This document shows, one piece after another, positions 19,361-29,034 of a DNA stretch of 50,112 bases. Each line of letters begins with the position of its first letter. Positions within the stretch are counted from its first letter, which is position 1. This DNA comes from Candidatus Bathyarchaeia archaeon (lineage in GTDB: Archaea > Thermoproteota > Bathyarchaeia > Bathyarchaeales > Bathycorpusculaceae), in the NCBI GenBank assembly GCA_038883715.1, contig JAVZLS010000011.1, positions 1 to 50,112 of the forward strand, given 5' to 3'. The position numbers and the translations under genes were made by a program. Under the pieces are notes generated by a model. It worked only from the letters and a program-made list of their open reading frames with translations. It did no database searches and was not told the DNA's origin.

Positions 19361-19765
19361 TTAAGACTGCAAAAACTTTTTGTAATATTCTTGAGCCTTA
19401 GCTACAGCCCTCTCCGGATTTTTCAGAATAGGATAACTTGTTCCAGGAGAAAGTTTTTCGCATTTGCCAAAGTATTCGACAACTTTTTTGACGTTGCCTT
19501 CATAGATCGCCAGTCCTCCGGCAATCTGGTACCAAAGCCTCGCCCTAGTGAAATCTTTTTCCTTCTCGAATTTTTTGGCATTTTCTGCTGCTTCTTCCAT
19601 GGAGACGCCGATTTTTCTGGGGTCGAGGAACATCACGTTAACCAGAGCCTCATAAGCTTCCTTATCGTCGGCGCAAAGTTGTTCAAGTTCTGTCATTTGT
19701 TTAGTTTCGACTATTATTTTTGCTTCCTCTTTCTTTTTTCTCCTTAAGATATCTAGTAAACCCAT
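19361..19765 (-). CDS. Hypothetical helical (TPR-like) protein
   Basis: GGAGG SD; ARLWYQIAGGLAIYEG helical pattern. Confidence 0.7.
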   Translation of the reverse strand: MGLLDILRRKKKEEAKIIVETKQMTELEQLCADDKEAYEALVNVMFLDPRKIGVSMEEAAENAKKFEKEKDFTRARLWYQIAGGLAIYEGNVKKVVEYFGKCEKLSPGTSYPILKNPERAVAKAQEYYKKFLQS

Positions 19766-19862
19766 AATTTTCCTCCATTAGCCATTTGCCCATTAAGGTT
19801 CAACGTGATTATTCATTTATGCAATGATTAGCTTTAAAGGTTTGTCTGTGTATTTGTGTTTT

Positions 19863-20477
19863 ATGCCATATAAATTCACGTTTGACCTCTCAAAAGTTCC
19901 GCGCCTTTTCTTTGCAGAGGTAGCAAGAATTGTTTACGAAAAAAGAGTGCATAAAAAGGTTGGCGGTGCTCTGCAAGATATCATCAGAAAGTTCAGGATT
20001 CAGGAGGCGACTGGTTTAAACTTTTCCGATGCTGTTCAGCTTTTGGAAGACTTTATTGATATGGAGGTCAAAAACCTTCTCGAGAAGGAAAAGTTTAGAA
20101 AGGCTAAGAAAAGGGCGTTGTTCTTGCCCCACTGTTCCAGAAAGTATATGGATAATAGATGCAAGGCAAAATTTGAGCCAAGCATCCCCTCATACATTTG
20201 CGTCCACTGCTCCTCCGATTGTCTGATTAACAGGGCGGTTTCAATAGCTAAGAAAAAGGGATATGATGTGTACGTTATACCGGGCGGTTCGTGCATTTAC
20301 AAGATTTTGAAGGTTAGACGTTATAATGGCATTGTAGGGGTTGCCTGTGGCGAGGAGGTGAAGCTGGCTGGAGAGGCGCTATCAAAGATGAATGTTGCTG
20401 GGCAAGCTGTCCCTTTGCTTAGAAATGGCTGTGCAAACACGTTCTTTAACATTGAAACCTTAATGCAAATCCTTTAA
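19863..20477 (+). CDS. DUF116 family protein
   Basis: LFLPHC...C...CVHC...C...IPGGS...GVAC...PLLRNGC. Confidence 0.88.
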   Translation: MPYKFTFDLSKVPRLFFAEVARIVYEKRVHKKVGGALQDIIRKFRIQEATGLNFSDAVQLLEDFIDMEVKNLLEKEKFRKAKKRALFLPHCSRKYMDNRCKAKFEPSIPSYICVHCSSDCLINRAVSIAKKKGYDVYVIPGGSCIYKILKVRRYNGIVGVACGEEVKLAGEALSKMNVAGQAVPLLRNGCANTFFNIETLMQIL

Positions 20478-20518
20478 AGAGAAAAAATTGTGGGTTATTT
20501 TAGGCGGGCAATGTCCTT

Positions 20519-20572
20519 TTACTTCTTTTCTTCCTTAGCCTTCTTCTTAGTTGTCTTCTTCTTGCAAGCCAA
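20519..20572 (-). CDS. Putative 17-aa Lys-rich microprotein MACKKKTTKKKAKEEKK
   Basis: TTG start, GAGGTG SD, upstream TTATATAA, downstream T-tract; not in ORF track. Confidence 0.55.
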   Translation of the reverse strand: MACKKKTTKKKAKEEKK

Positions 20573-20686
20573 CAATTTGCACCTCAAAACCAGCAAGAAA
20601 ATTAAAGAGTGAAATGGAATTATATAATTTTTACCATTTTTCGTGTAAATTGGGGATGAAATTTGCTGGAGAATTTTAAATTAATG

Positions 20687-20848
20687 TTACTTGATTATTT
20701 CCCGTTTCTTCCATCTGAGGTTTTTGCTGCGGCATTTTCGACATTTAACCGCTGTCGTGGCGTTTCGAGCACCACATTCTCTGCAGATTTTAACGTAAAG
20801 CCTACGCTGTTGAGCCAAAGTTTTTTTAAACGGGTCCATTATTGGCAT
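20687..20848 (-). CDS. rpl40e: 50S ribosomal protein L40e
   Basis: Manual translation MPIMDPFKKTLAQQRRLYVKICRECGARNATTAVKCRKCRSKNLRWKKREIIK; below the ORF-track length cutoff. Confidence 0.96.
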   Translation of the reverse strand: MPIMDPFKKTLAQQRRLYVKICRECGARNATTAVKCRKCRSKNLRWKKREIIK

Positions 20849-20940
20849 TTTACTTCAACCCATGATGTTGTTACAACAAAGGAAACCGTCTAAATATACT
20901 TTTTGCCATTTGCTCAAGCTACGCTGAGTTAACAGAAAAC

Positions 20941-21816
20941 CTAACGTTTTATCAGCTTTTCAAGTAGTGTGGCAACTTCGCTGGGTTTTTCAGCCACTTC
21001 AACGCCAGCCTTTCTAAAAGCCTCTATTTTGCTTTCAGCTGTTCCAGCTTTGCCCATTATTATTGCGCCGGCGTGTCCCATGCGTTTTCCAGGCGGGGCT
21101 GAGCGCCCAGCTATGAAAGCTACAACTGGTTTTGGGTATTTCTTTTTGGCTATGTATTCTGCGGCGAGTTCTTCGAGGTTTCCGCCTATTTCTCCTATAA
21201 GGGCTATGCCTCCTGTTTGGGGGTCTTTTTCAAAAAGTTTCAGGACGTCTATGAAGTTTAAGCCGACAATTGGGTCTCCGCCCAAGCCTATGCATGTTGA
21301 TTGCCCCAACTGTTTTTTGGTTAGGCTGGCGGCTATCTCGTATGTTAATGTTCCGCTTCTTGAAATCATGCCTATGCTTCCAGGTTTGAAGATGTGGGCT
21401 GGCATTATCCCAAGTTTACATTCGCCAGGCGTTATTATTCCCGGAGTGTTTGGCCCTATTATTGTTGCGTTGACTTGTTTAGCGTAAGCCATGACATTTA
21501 TGGCGTCCTTTATTGGGATGTGCTCGGTGATTATGACAACTGTTTTTATCCCGTTTTCTAGGGCTTCTAATGCAGCGTCCGCCGCAAAAGGTGCTGGAAC
21601 AAATATTATTGAAGCGTTAGCTTGATGATGCTCCAGAGCCTCTTCAACAGTGTCGTATACAGGGACTTCGTGGACTTTTGTTCCACCCTTTCCTGGTGTT
21701 ACACCCGCAACTATTTGTGTTCCGTATTCCAGCATGAGTTTTGTGTGGAAGCTTCCCTGTGCCCCGGTTATGCCTTGAACTATAGCCCTAGTATTTTTGT
21801 CGACTATTATTCCCAA
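20941..21816 (-). CDS. sucD: Succinate--CoA ligase alpha subunit
   Basis: [38 protein letters not shown]. Confidence 0.95.
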   Translation of the reverse strand: MGIIVDKNTRAIVQGITGAQGSFHTKLMLEYGTQIVAGVTPGKGGTKVHEVPVYDTVEEALEHHQANASIIFVPAPFAADAALEALENGIKTVVIITEHIPIKDAINVMAYAKQVNATIIGPNTPGIITPGECKLGIMPAHIFKPGSIGMISRSGTLTYEIAASLTKKQLGQSTCIGLGGDPIVGLNFIDVLKLFEKDPQTGGIALIGEIGGNLEELAAEYIAKKKYPKPVVAFIAGRSAPPGKRMGHAGAIIMGKAGTAESKIEAFRKAGVEVAEKPSEVATLLEKLIKR

Positions 21817-21820
21817 TTTT

Positions 21821-22960
21821 TCACGCCCCGCTTTTGACTATTTCTACTACGCGCTGGGCTGCTTCCTCCATGCTTTCCAGCACGTGTATTCCCGCCTCGG
21901 TTAGTATTCGCTTTCCTTCTTCTTCGTTTGTTCCCACAAGCCGTATGACCAAGGGTTTTTCTATGCCCAGTTTTTCTTTTGCGGCTAAAACTCCTCTTGC
22001 GACCTCGTCGCAGCGGGTTATCCCGCCTAAAATGTTTATAAATAAAGCTTTGACGTTTGGGTCTGAAAGCACAATTTTTAGTGCTGCTGCAATTTTTTCT
22101 GAGGGGGCTCCGCCGCCTACGTCTAGGAAGTTTGCCGGTTTTCCGCCGTAAAGTTGTATGGTGTCTAGTGTTGCCATCACTAAGCCGGCGCCGTTGCCTA
22201 TTACGCCTATGTCTCCGTCAAGTTTTACATAGGCTAGATCGTTTTTCGCTGCTTCAATTTCTTGCGGGGATAGTTCGCCTTCCAAGATTCTTTCTTTGAA
22301 TTCTGGGTGGCGGAAAAGGGCATTGTCATCAATTATTATGCGGGTGTCAACAGCAACAAAGTTTCCATCCGGAGTTTCGACTATGGGGTTCATTTCAATG
22401 AGTTCAGCGTCATAGTCCATGCCGGCCCTGTATAGACTGTGGAAGATGTTTCCAAGCATTGAAAGCTGATTTCCACAATACCCCATGCGTTTTGCAATCT
22501 GCCTAGCGTGGTATGGTCTAAAACCATACAGGGGGTTTATGGGTAACTTTATGACTTTTTCTGGCGTTTTTGCGGCAACCTCCTCTATTTCCATTCCGCC
22601 TTCTGATGACGCAATAGCGACATAGCTTTTGGAGAATCTGTCAACGGTCATGCCGAAATAAAGCTCTTTTTTGGCTTGTATTTTCTCCTCAATCCAAACG
22701 CTCCGGACAGGTACACCTTTAATTTGCATTCCCAGCAGTTTTCTCACAGCCCCTTCCACTTCAGCTATGGAGTCTGCGAAAAGTATTCCTCCGGCTTTTC
22801 CTCTTCCTGCAACGGGAACTTGCGCCTTTATAACTAAGGGCTTGTTAAGCTTTGAGGCTATTTCTCGAGCTTGGGCTTCGTTTGTGGCTAATTCACCTTT
22901 TGGTGTTGGAATGTTATATTTTGCAAGTATCTTTTTCGCCTCAAATTCGAGAAGCTTCAT
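21821..22960 (-). CDS. sucC: Succinate--CoA ligase beta subunit
   Basis: [52 protein letters not shown]. Confidence 0.95.
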   Translation of the reverse strand: MKLLEFEAKKILAKYNIPTPKGELATNEAQAREIASKLNKPLVIKAQVPVAGRGKAGGILFADSIAEVEGAVRKLLGMQIKGVPVRSVWIEEKIQAKKELYFGMTVDRFSKSYVAIASSEGGMEIEEVAAKTPEKVIKLPINPLYGFRPYHARQIAKRMGYCGNQLSMLGNIFHSLYRAGMDYDAELIEMNPIVETPDGNFVAVDTRIIIDDNALFRHPEFKERILEGELSPQEIEAAKNDLAYVKLDGDIGVIGNGAGLVMATLDTIQLYGGKPANFLDVGGGAPSEKIAAALKIVLSDPNVKALFINILGGITRCDEVARGVLAAKEKLGIEKPLVIRLVGTNEEEGKRILTEAGIHVLESMEEAAQRVVEIVKSGA

Positions 22961-22979
22961 TTCTAAAATACCTCACGTT

Positions 22980-23438
22980 TCATTTTATGGATTCTATCGC
23001 GACGTAGGATTTTGTATCTTTTATGCCTTCAATTGCGGACAGCTTCCTTAAAACTTCGTGGAGTTTATCCCTTTCAACTATTAGTACGGCGTCAACGTCG
23101 CCTGCAACTCTAAAAGCTTTTTGCACGACTGTTTCCCTAATTTTTTCGTAGACTTCGCTTCTTTTAGGCGGGTAAACCTTAATGAATATGAAGGCTGGTG
23201 CTGATGATATTCCTAAGGCGTTTAATCCTTTTTCAGTTACGTCTATGAATCCTCTTCCTGTTCTTATGTAGTTTAGGTCTCTGAGCTTTTTCAGGTGGAG
23301 GTTTAGTGCTTGTCTGCTTATGCCTAATTCTTTTGCTAGGTCGCTTTGTCTGGCGTGTAGGGTGTATGTGCTTGTTGATTTTCCCTTTTCATATAACATC
23401 CGGAGCAGTTGGATTGAACGTCTTGTTAATGTTTCCAA
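22980..23438 (-). CDS. Lrp/AsnC-like transcriptional regulator
   Basis: QSDLAKELGISRQAL HTH; RVAGDVD...IEGIKDTKSY RAM domain. Confidence 0.85.
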   Translation of the reverse strand: METLTRRSIQLLRMLYEKGKSTSTYTLHARQSDLAKELGISRQALNLHLKKLRDLNYIRTGRGFIDVTEKGLNALGISSAPAFIFIKVYPPKRSEVYEKIRETVVQKAFRVAGDVDAVLIVERDKLHEVLRKLSAIEGIKDTKSYVAIESIK

Positions 23439-23651
23439 GTTTTAACACTTCTTAAATACCGTTGGAGCGTTAGAGAGTGTTTACAATAGTATGGATTATT
23501 TAAGCATTTAGCAAGTTCTAATCTTGTTTAGCTTTCGAACGCGGGCGTTTTAAGGCTACGGCAGAAGTTAAAACCGTAATGTATTTATTTATGGATAAAA
23601 ATGGTTATGAAGCCATAGAAAAAGTGGAAACAAGGAGTGAGGCGGTCCAAA

Positions 23652-23930
23652 ATGTCTGAAAGCAACTCAGTGTTGATCGGGAAGAAGCCAGTAATGAACT
23701 ATGTACTGGCTTGCATAACCCTCTTCCACGGCGGAGCAAAAGAGGTAAATATTAAGGCAAGAGGGAGAGCCATAAGCCGAGCTGTTGACGTCGTTGAGGT
23801 CGTTAGGCGCCGATTCCTACCAGACGTTAAAGTTAAGAAAGTAGGTATCGGAACTGAGCAGGTGGCACCCAGAGAAGAGGGTGGCACGCCTACAAACGTC
23901 AGCACCATCGAGATAACGCTGGAACGCTGA
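23652..23930 (+). CDS. albA: DNA/RNA-binding protein Alba
   Basis: [33 protein letters not shown]. Confidence 0.97.
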   Translation: MSESNSVLIGKKPVMNYVLACITLFHGGAKEVNIKARGRAISRAVDVVEVVRRRFLPDVKVKKVGIGTEQVAPREEGGTPTNVSTIEITLER

Positions 23931-23995
23931 AACGCTGCGGCTGAACTTTCCAAAGCTCCGCCGCCCCTCCTTTATTTGTGGAGGGCATTCCCTTA

Positions 23996-24505
23996 GTGAA
24001 GACAGTGTTGTGTAGTTTCTGCTTAAAGAGTGGAATCTTATGCCAAAAGTGTTCAGAGAAGGTTAAGTCTGGCGAAGTGTCGGAGCTTGATTTGAAAATT
24101 GCCCGCTTACTTCTTTCGTTAGAGGAAACTTATCCTTCCCTCCAGAATGTTTATTTTTATAAGGCTGTGGATGCTGGAAAAACTTTAGCCATTCTTGTTG
24201 GTAAGGGGGATGTCCCCCGCCTTCTCGGGTATGGTGGGAAAATAATTAAGGCTTTGGGGGAGAAGACTGGAAAGTCCGTAAGGGTTTTGGAGTATGGAGT
24301 TGACGATAGAAAGTTTTTGGAGGACTTGTTTGCACCTTTAAGCATAGTCACCATAAACACTATTTGGCTTCCGGATGGAACAACTGAAACTCGTGTTATT
24401 TTGAGGAAGAGGGGTGGAAGGCAACCGCCCTTCGATGTAAAGGCTTTAAAGGAGATTGCCCGTAAAGTTCGCAACATAACGTTGCGTGTTGAGTTTACGG
24501 ACTAG
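23996..24505 (+). CDS. Zn-finger + KH-domain (NusA-like) protein
   Basis: CSFCLKSGILCQKC; LLGYGGKIIKAL KH motif; INTIWLPDG. Confidence 0.8.
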   Translation: MKTVLCSFCLKSGILCQKCSEKVKSGEVSELDLKIARLLLSLEETYPSLQNVYFYKAVDAGKTLAILVGKGDVPRLLGYGGKIIKALGEKTGKSVRVLEYGVDDRKFLEDLFAPLSIVTINTIWLPDGTTETRVILRKRGGRQPPFDVKALKEIARKVRNITLRVEFTD

Positions 24506-24518
24506 CGGGCGTGAAGCA

Positions 24519-25838
24519 ATGAAACTTGACCCTATTGGGAACTGGCGGAGAACTCACTACTCTGTTGAGGTACGACCTGAACTTGATGGGCAAGAGGTCA
24601 CTCTTTTTGGCTGGGTTCAAGAAATTAGGGATTTGGGCGGAATCCGCTTCATAATATTGCAGGACCGCGAAGGCACCGTGCAGATAACCATTCCAAGGAA
24701 GAAGGTGAGTGGCGAAGTTTTATCGAAGTCTGATGTTTTGCAGAGAAGATATAGCATAGGCGTGAAGGGGATTGTAAATAAAACCGAGATTACACCTAGA
24801 GGAGTCGAAGTTATACCGAAGGAGATTAGAATTTTCAGCACTGCAGCAGCGCAGTTGCCGATTGACATTACAGGGAAAGTGCCCGCCCAGTTGGAGGTTC
24901 GGCTTGACGCCCGCGCACTAGACCTTTGCCGTGAAGAAAACATAGCCATCTTTAAGATTCAGCACACAGCTGTCGAGGCAATACGCAGCTTCCTCTTCGA
25001 AAGAGGGTTCATAGAAGTTCACACTCCACGTATAATTGCCTCGGCCACGGAAGGTGGCGCAGCACTTTTCCCAGTGGACTATTTCGAAAAGAAGGCTTTT
25101 CTCGCGCAAAGCCCCCAACTTTACAAGGAACAGTTGGTCATGAGCCTCGAAAAGGTCTTTGAAATAGGCCCCTTTTTCAGAGCTGAGGAGTCCCATACGA
25201 GACGGCACTTAAGCGAATTTGTTTCAATAGACATTGAGCAAGCTTTTGCCTCGGCTGAGGATGTTATGCAGTTGTTGGAGCAGCTTATGCAGCACACATG
25301 CAAAGTTGTCCGCGAAAAATGTCAAAGGGAGTTGGCAACTTTAAATCATCAAGTGGATGTACCTGAAGTCCCATTTAAACGCTTGACCTATGACCAAGTG
25401 CTTGAAGACTTGAAGAAGGAAGGCATAAAGATTCCTTGGGGTGAGGACATACCAACACCAGCCTTCAGAACACTGGGCAAAATTCATCCATACTTCTACT
25501 TTATTACAGACTGGCCGACAAGGTCTAAGGCTTTCTACATAAAGCCTAGGGATGATAATCCCGAGATCTGTGAGGGATTTGACCTTATGTGGCGTTGGAT
25601 TGAGCTTTCTTCTGGCGGAACCAGAATCGCCTCAAAAGAGCTTTTGATGAAACGGTTGAGGGAGAAGGGGTTAAACCCAGAATCCTTCAAGTATCATTTG
25701 CAGGCTTTTGATTATGGCATGCCACCTCATGCTGGTTGGGCTATTGGTTTGGAGAGGCTTACTATGATGTTGACGGGGAAGAAAAACATCCGCGAGGTCA
25801 CGCTTTATCCTAGGGACAAGTTTAGGCTCACGCCATGA
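24519..25838 (+). CDS. aspS: Aspartyl-tRNA synthetase, probably non-discriminating
   Basis: LAQSPQLYKE, FRAEESHTRRHLSEF, ELSSGG, GMPPHAGWAIGLER; Pro in the anticodon-binding loop (EITPRG). Confidence 0.96.
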   Translation: MKLDPIGNWRRTHYSVEVRPELDGQEVTLFGWVQEIRDLGGIRFIILQDREGTVQITIPRKKVSGEVLSKSDVLQRRYSIGVKGIVNKTEITPRGVEVIPKEIRIFSTAAAQLPIDITGKVPAQLEVRLDARALDLCREENIAIFKIQHTAVEAIRSFLFERGFIEVHTPRIIASATEGGAALFPVDYFEKKAFLAQSPQLYKEQLVMSLEKVFEIGPFFRAEESHTRRHLSEFVSIDIEQAFASAEDVMQLLEQLMQHTCKVVREKCQRELATLNHQVDVPEVPFKRLTYDQVLEDLKKEGIKIPWGEDIPTPAFRTLGKIHPYFYFITDWPTRSKAFYIKPRDDNPEICEGFDLMWRWIELSSGGTRIASKELLMKRLREKGLNPESFKYHLQAFDYGMPPHAGWAIGLERLTMMLTGKKNIREVTLYPRDKFRLTP

Positions 25839-26057
25839 CAATTTAGGTTGTTGGGAAAGCCTAAATTGGCTACCCCCTCTAGTGATTTCGAAGAGCGGTC
25901 TATGTGAAATTTGGTTGTGTTCTTACCCTTATTTTGCCCTCCCCTCCTCTAGGATTTTGTCCCTTTTTAGGGATTTTCTAACGATGATTCGGCTTTCAAT
26001 GATTTGATTTAAACTTGTTCTAAAAGTTGATAAAGAGGCTTTTCTCTATCCCCGCAC

Positions 26058-27578
26058 ATGGGAGAAAACCTAAAAATAGCGTGCGGGGTCTTCGGCGCAA
26101 TAAACTTTGAACAACAACCCATATTCCCATATGTATATTGGGGTTTGAGGGCCCAAAACCATAGGGGACACCAGTCCCACGGTTTTCTCACATATGCTGA
26201 TGGAAAATTCTACGTTCATAGAAGCTTGGACCTCGTGCCGAAGATTAAGACAAGCGCTATTCAAGAGTGGTTTGGGCGTCTGCCGGGACATATCGGAATA
26301 GGTAATGTTAGGTATACAACTTCTGGGAAGACTGATGATAAGTCTTTGATAAGGGGCACTCAGCCCGTAACTGCTTCTAAAAATGGTTTGAGGGTGGCTA
26401 TCTCCTTTAATGGTAATGTTGTAAATACTTTTCAGCTTAAAAGAGAGATTTCCAAGGAATTCCATAATTTTTCTTATGAGTGCGACGCCGACCTTATCTG
26501 CCACAAACTGATGATAGAACTTGCTAAAAGCAAAGACCTCGCCGCCGCTGTGAAAAATTGCATGCAAGAAATTGAAGGCGCCTTTTCGGTTGCGGGAATA
26601 ACTGGGGAAGGCGAGTTTTTTGCTTTTAAGGACCCTCATGGTATAAGGCCTCTTTGCGCTGGTCACAGCGATGATGAGAAGACGTATGCTTTTTCTTCTG
26701 AAACTGTTGGTTTAGACATAAACGGTTTATGCCGAGATTTTGAGGTTGAGCCCGGTGAGTTCATAACTGTCTCTGAAAACGGGTTTAAACGTGAAAGGCT
26801 TATGCGTTCTGAACGGAAAGCCTTCTGCGCCTTTGAGTTTGCCTATTTTGCCAGACCAGACTCCATTTTTGACAAGAAGTATGTTTATGAAATCCGCGAG
26901 GAGTTTGGGAGAAACCTTGTGAGGGAAAACCCGGACATTGTTAAGGATGCGGACATGGTTATCTCTATGCCGGAGACCGGCGATGATGCGGCGCTGGGAG
27001 TTCATGAAGAGTCTGGTTTAAGGTGGGAGAGGGCGACCCGCAGGCATCGCTATGTGACCGAACGCGCGTTTATACTGCTTAATAAGGAGCGCTACGCCAC
27101 CATAGACAAGAAAATTAACATTTTAGCCTCAAAGGTGAAGGGTAAAAGGGTTATAGTGGTGGATGACAGCATTGTTCGAGGCGACACAACGCGGATTACT
27201 GTGGAAAAGCTTCGCAGAATGGGCGCCAAAAAGGTTTACTTGTTTGTGACTTTTCCACGAATAATTGGTCCATGCTTTTACGGGATAGACATGGCAACCT
27301 ATGGGCAGCTGATAGGCGCAAAGCACACACCGGAAGAAATAGCTAAAATTATAGGAGCTGATGCTGTTTGCTACCAGTCGATAGAGGGGCTTGTTAGAGC
27401 CACCGGTTTTAGAAGAGAAGAGTTATGCTTGGGTTGTTTGACCGGCGAGTATCCAACGCCGCTAGCTCAAAAAATTGCGGACGAAATGAAGAAGAGGTTT
27501 TTAGAAGGAGTTGAGGAGACAGGAAGGCTTTACGAAATTCCAGAACTAGTTGATGCAGTTAGTGACAAAATAGATTAG
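26058..27578 (+). CDS. purF: Amidophosphoribosyltransferase
   Basis: Propeptide then CGVFG, HRG, VRYTT, CAFEFAYFARPDS, VDDSIVRGDT, CFYGID. Confidence 0.95.
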   Translation: MGENLKIACGVFGAINFEQQPIFPYVYWGLRAQNHRGHQSHGFLTYADGKFYVHRSLDLVPKIKTSAIQEWFGRLPGHIGIGNVRYTTSGKTDDKSLIRGTQPVTASKNGLRVAISFNGNVVNTFQLKREISKEFHNFSYECDADLICHKLMIELAKSKDLAAAVKNCMQEIEGAFSVAGITGEGEFFAFKDPHGIRPLCAGHSDDEKTYAFSSETVGLDINGLCRDFEVEPGEFITVSENGFKRERLMRSERKAFCAFEFAYFARPDSIFDKKYVYEIREEFGRNLVRENPDIVKDADMVISMPETGDDAALGVHEESGLRWERATRRHRYVTERAFILLNKERYATIDKKINILASKVKGKRVIVVDDSIVRGDTTRITVEKLRRMGAKKVYLFVTFPRIIGPCFYGIDMATYGQLIGAKHTPEEIAKIIGADAVCYQSIEGLVRATGFRREELCLGCLTGEYPTPLAQKIADEMKKRFLEGVEETGRLYEIPELVDAVSDKID

Positions 27579-27621
27579 AGTCCTCCGCGTTTAGCATTTT
27601 AGCATAGAAAGGTGGCATGTC

Positions 27622-29034
27622 TTGGTCGAAAGAGTCGGCATACTGGTTGTTTCTTATGGTGCTCGCGAGGTGGCGATGGTTGACGCTTTCTTGCGGAGCA
27701 CAAACTGCAAAGTTGAGGTTTACGTTGCCGACAAGCAGCGAAACCCATTTAACGTGAAAAACGCAGTTGCACACGCTGTTATACCAGACTTGAATGTTGA
27801 TGCAATATGCAAATTCGCCGAAGCCCACAAAGACCGCGTAGACTTTGGTATAGTGGGTCCGGAAAAACCCATAATTGAGGGTGTCCGCGACCTTGTTGAG
27901 AAACGTGTTGGCATACCAATGATTTGCCCGACAAAAGAGTACGCCATAGAAGCTAGCAAAGTCCAACAGCGCCTACTCTTCCAGGAGACTGTTCCAGAAG
28001 TGAATCCCCGATTCAAAATCTTCCGCCCAGAAGAATACAAAACACTGGAAGATGTCCGTAAAGCCCTTTACAAGTGGCTTGACGAACTTGGAAATATGGC
28101 TGTTGTTAAGCCAGACAAGCCAGCAGCTGGCAAAGGTGTAGGCGTATGGGGAGACCACTTCACCACTCGCGAACAGCTTTTTGAACATTTTTGGGAAAAC
28201 CTAAGGCACGGCGCTGTTATCGTTGAAGAGAAGATTGAAGGCGAGGAATCCAGCTTCCAAGCTTTCTGCGACGGAAAACACCTGGTTCCACTTCCAGAAA
28301 CGAGGGATTATAAGCGTGCCTTCGACGATGATAAAGGTCCAAACACTGGCGGCATGGGCTCCTATAAGGACGCTGGCGAAGTGTTGCCCTTCATGACCGC
28401 CGCGGACAGAGAAAAAGAACTGGAAATAGTTAACAAAATTTTTAGCAAATGGCGAGCTTCAGACAACAACGCCTTAAGAGGCATCCCATTCTACGTGGCT
28501 TTTATGCACACCGGCAAGGAGCCAAAAATCCTTGAGAACAACAGCCGCCCCGGCGACCCGGAAATAATCAACATTCTGCCAATTTTGAAGGATGATTTTG
28601 TGGATGTATGCTTCAAAATTCTTGATGGAAACTTAACCCGTGTAGAGGTTGAAAAGGCTGCAACTGTGGTAACCTATAAGGTGCCGCCTAGCTATGGCGG
28701 TTATGCAGAAGCTTTCCCAGACCGCGTGGAAAAGGCGGAAATAGATAAGCCAGTAGACCTAACAAAAGCCTATGAGCTTAGCAAAAAGTATGGCGATAGG
28801 ATTCGTGTTTATCCGGCTTCTATGGAGCTCCGCAACGGTGAGACCTACGCTTTGAAGTCAAGGGCTGTTTGTGTTGTTGGCGTAGGCGAAACCATAGAGG
28901 ACGCTAGAAACATTTCTTTAGAGGGAATCAAAGCCATAAAAGGTGGAGCCTTGTGGCATAGAACAGACATAGCCTCAAAACGGCACATAGAAAAAAGCAT
29001 ACACCACATGGAGGCGCTTAGAAAACGCAAATGA
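27622..29034 (+). CDS. purD: Phosphoribosylamine--glycine ligase
   Basis: VGPEKP, AAGKGV, DYKRAFDDDKGPNTGGMGS, RPGDPE. Confidence 0.92.
   Translation: MVERVGILVVSYGAREVAMVDAFLRSTNCKVEVYVADKQRNPFNVKNAVAHAVIPDLNVDAICKFAEAHKDRVDFGIVGPEKPIIEGVRDLVEKRVGIPMICPTKEYAIEASKVQQRLLFQETVPEVNPRFKIFRPEEYKTLEDVRKALYKWLDELGNMAVVKPDKPAAGKGVGVWGDHFTTREQLFEHFWENLRHGAVIVEEKIEGEESSFQAFCDGKHLVPLPETRDYKRAFDDDKGPNTGGMGSYKDAGEVLPFMTAADREKELEIVNKIFSKWRASDNNALRGIPFYVAFMHTGKEPKILENNSRPGDPEIINILPILKDDFVDVCFKILDGNLTRVEVEKAATVVTYKVPPSYGGYAEAFPDRVEKAEIDKPVDLTKAYELSKKYGDRIRVYPASMELRNGETYALKSRAVCVVGVGETIEDARNISLEGIKAIKGGALWHRTDIASKRHIEKSIHHMEALRKRK

Noticed and set aside
20519-20572. Ribosomal protein L41e
   Set aside because: L41e is Arg-rich with a conserved KW motif; this peptide has no Arg or Trp
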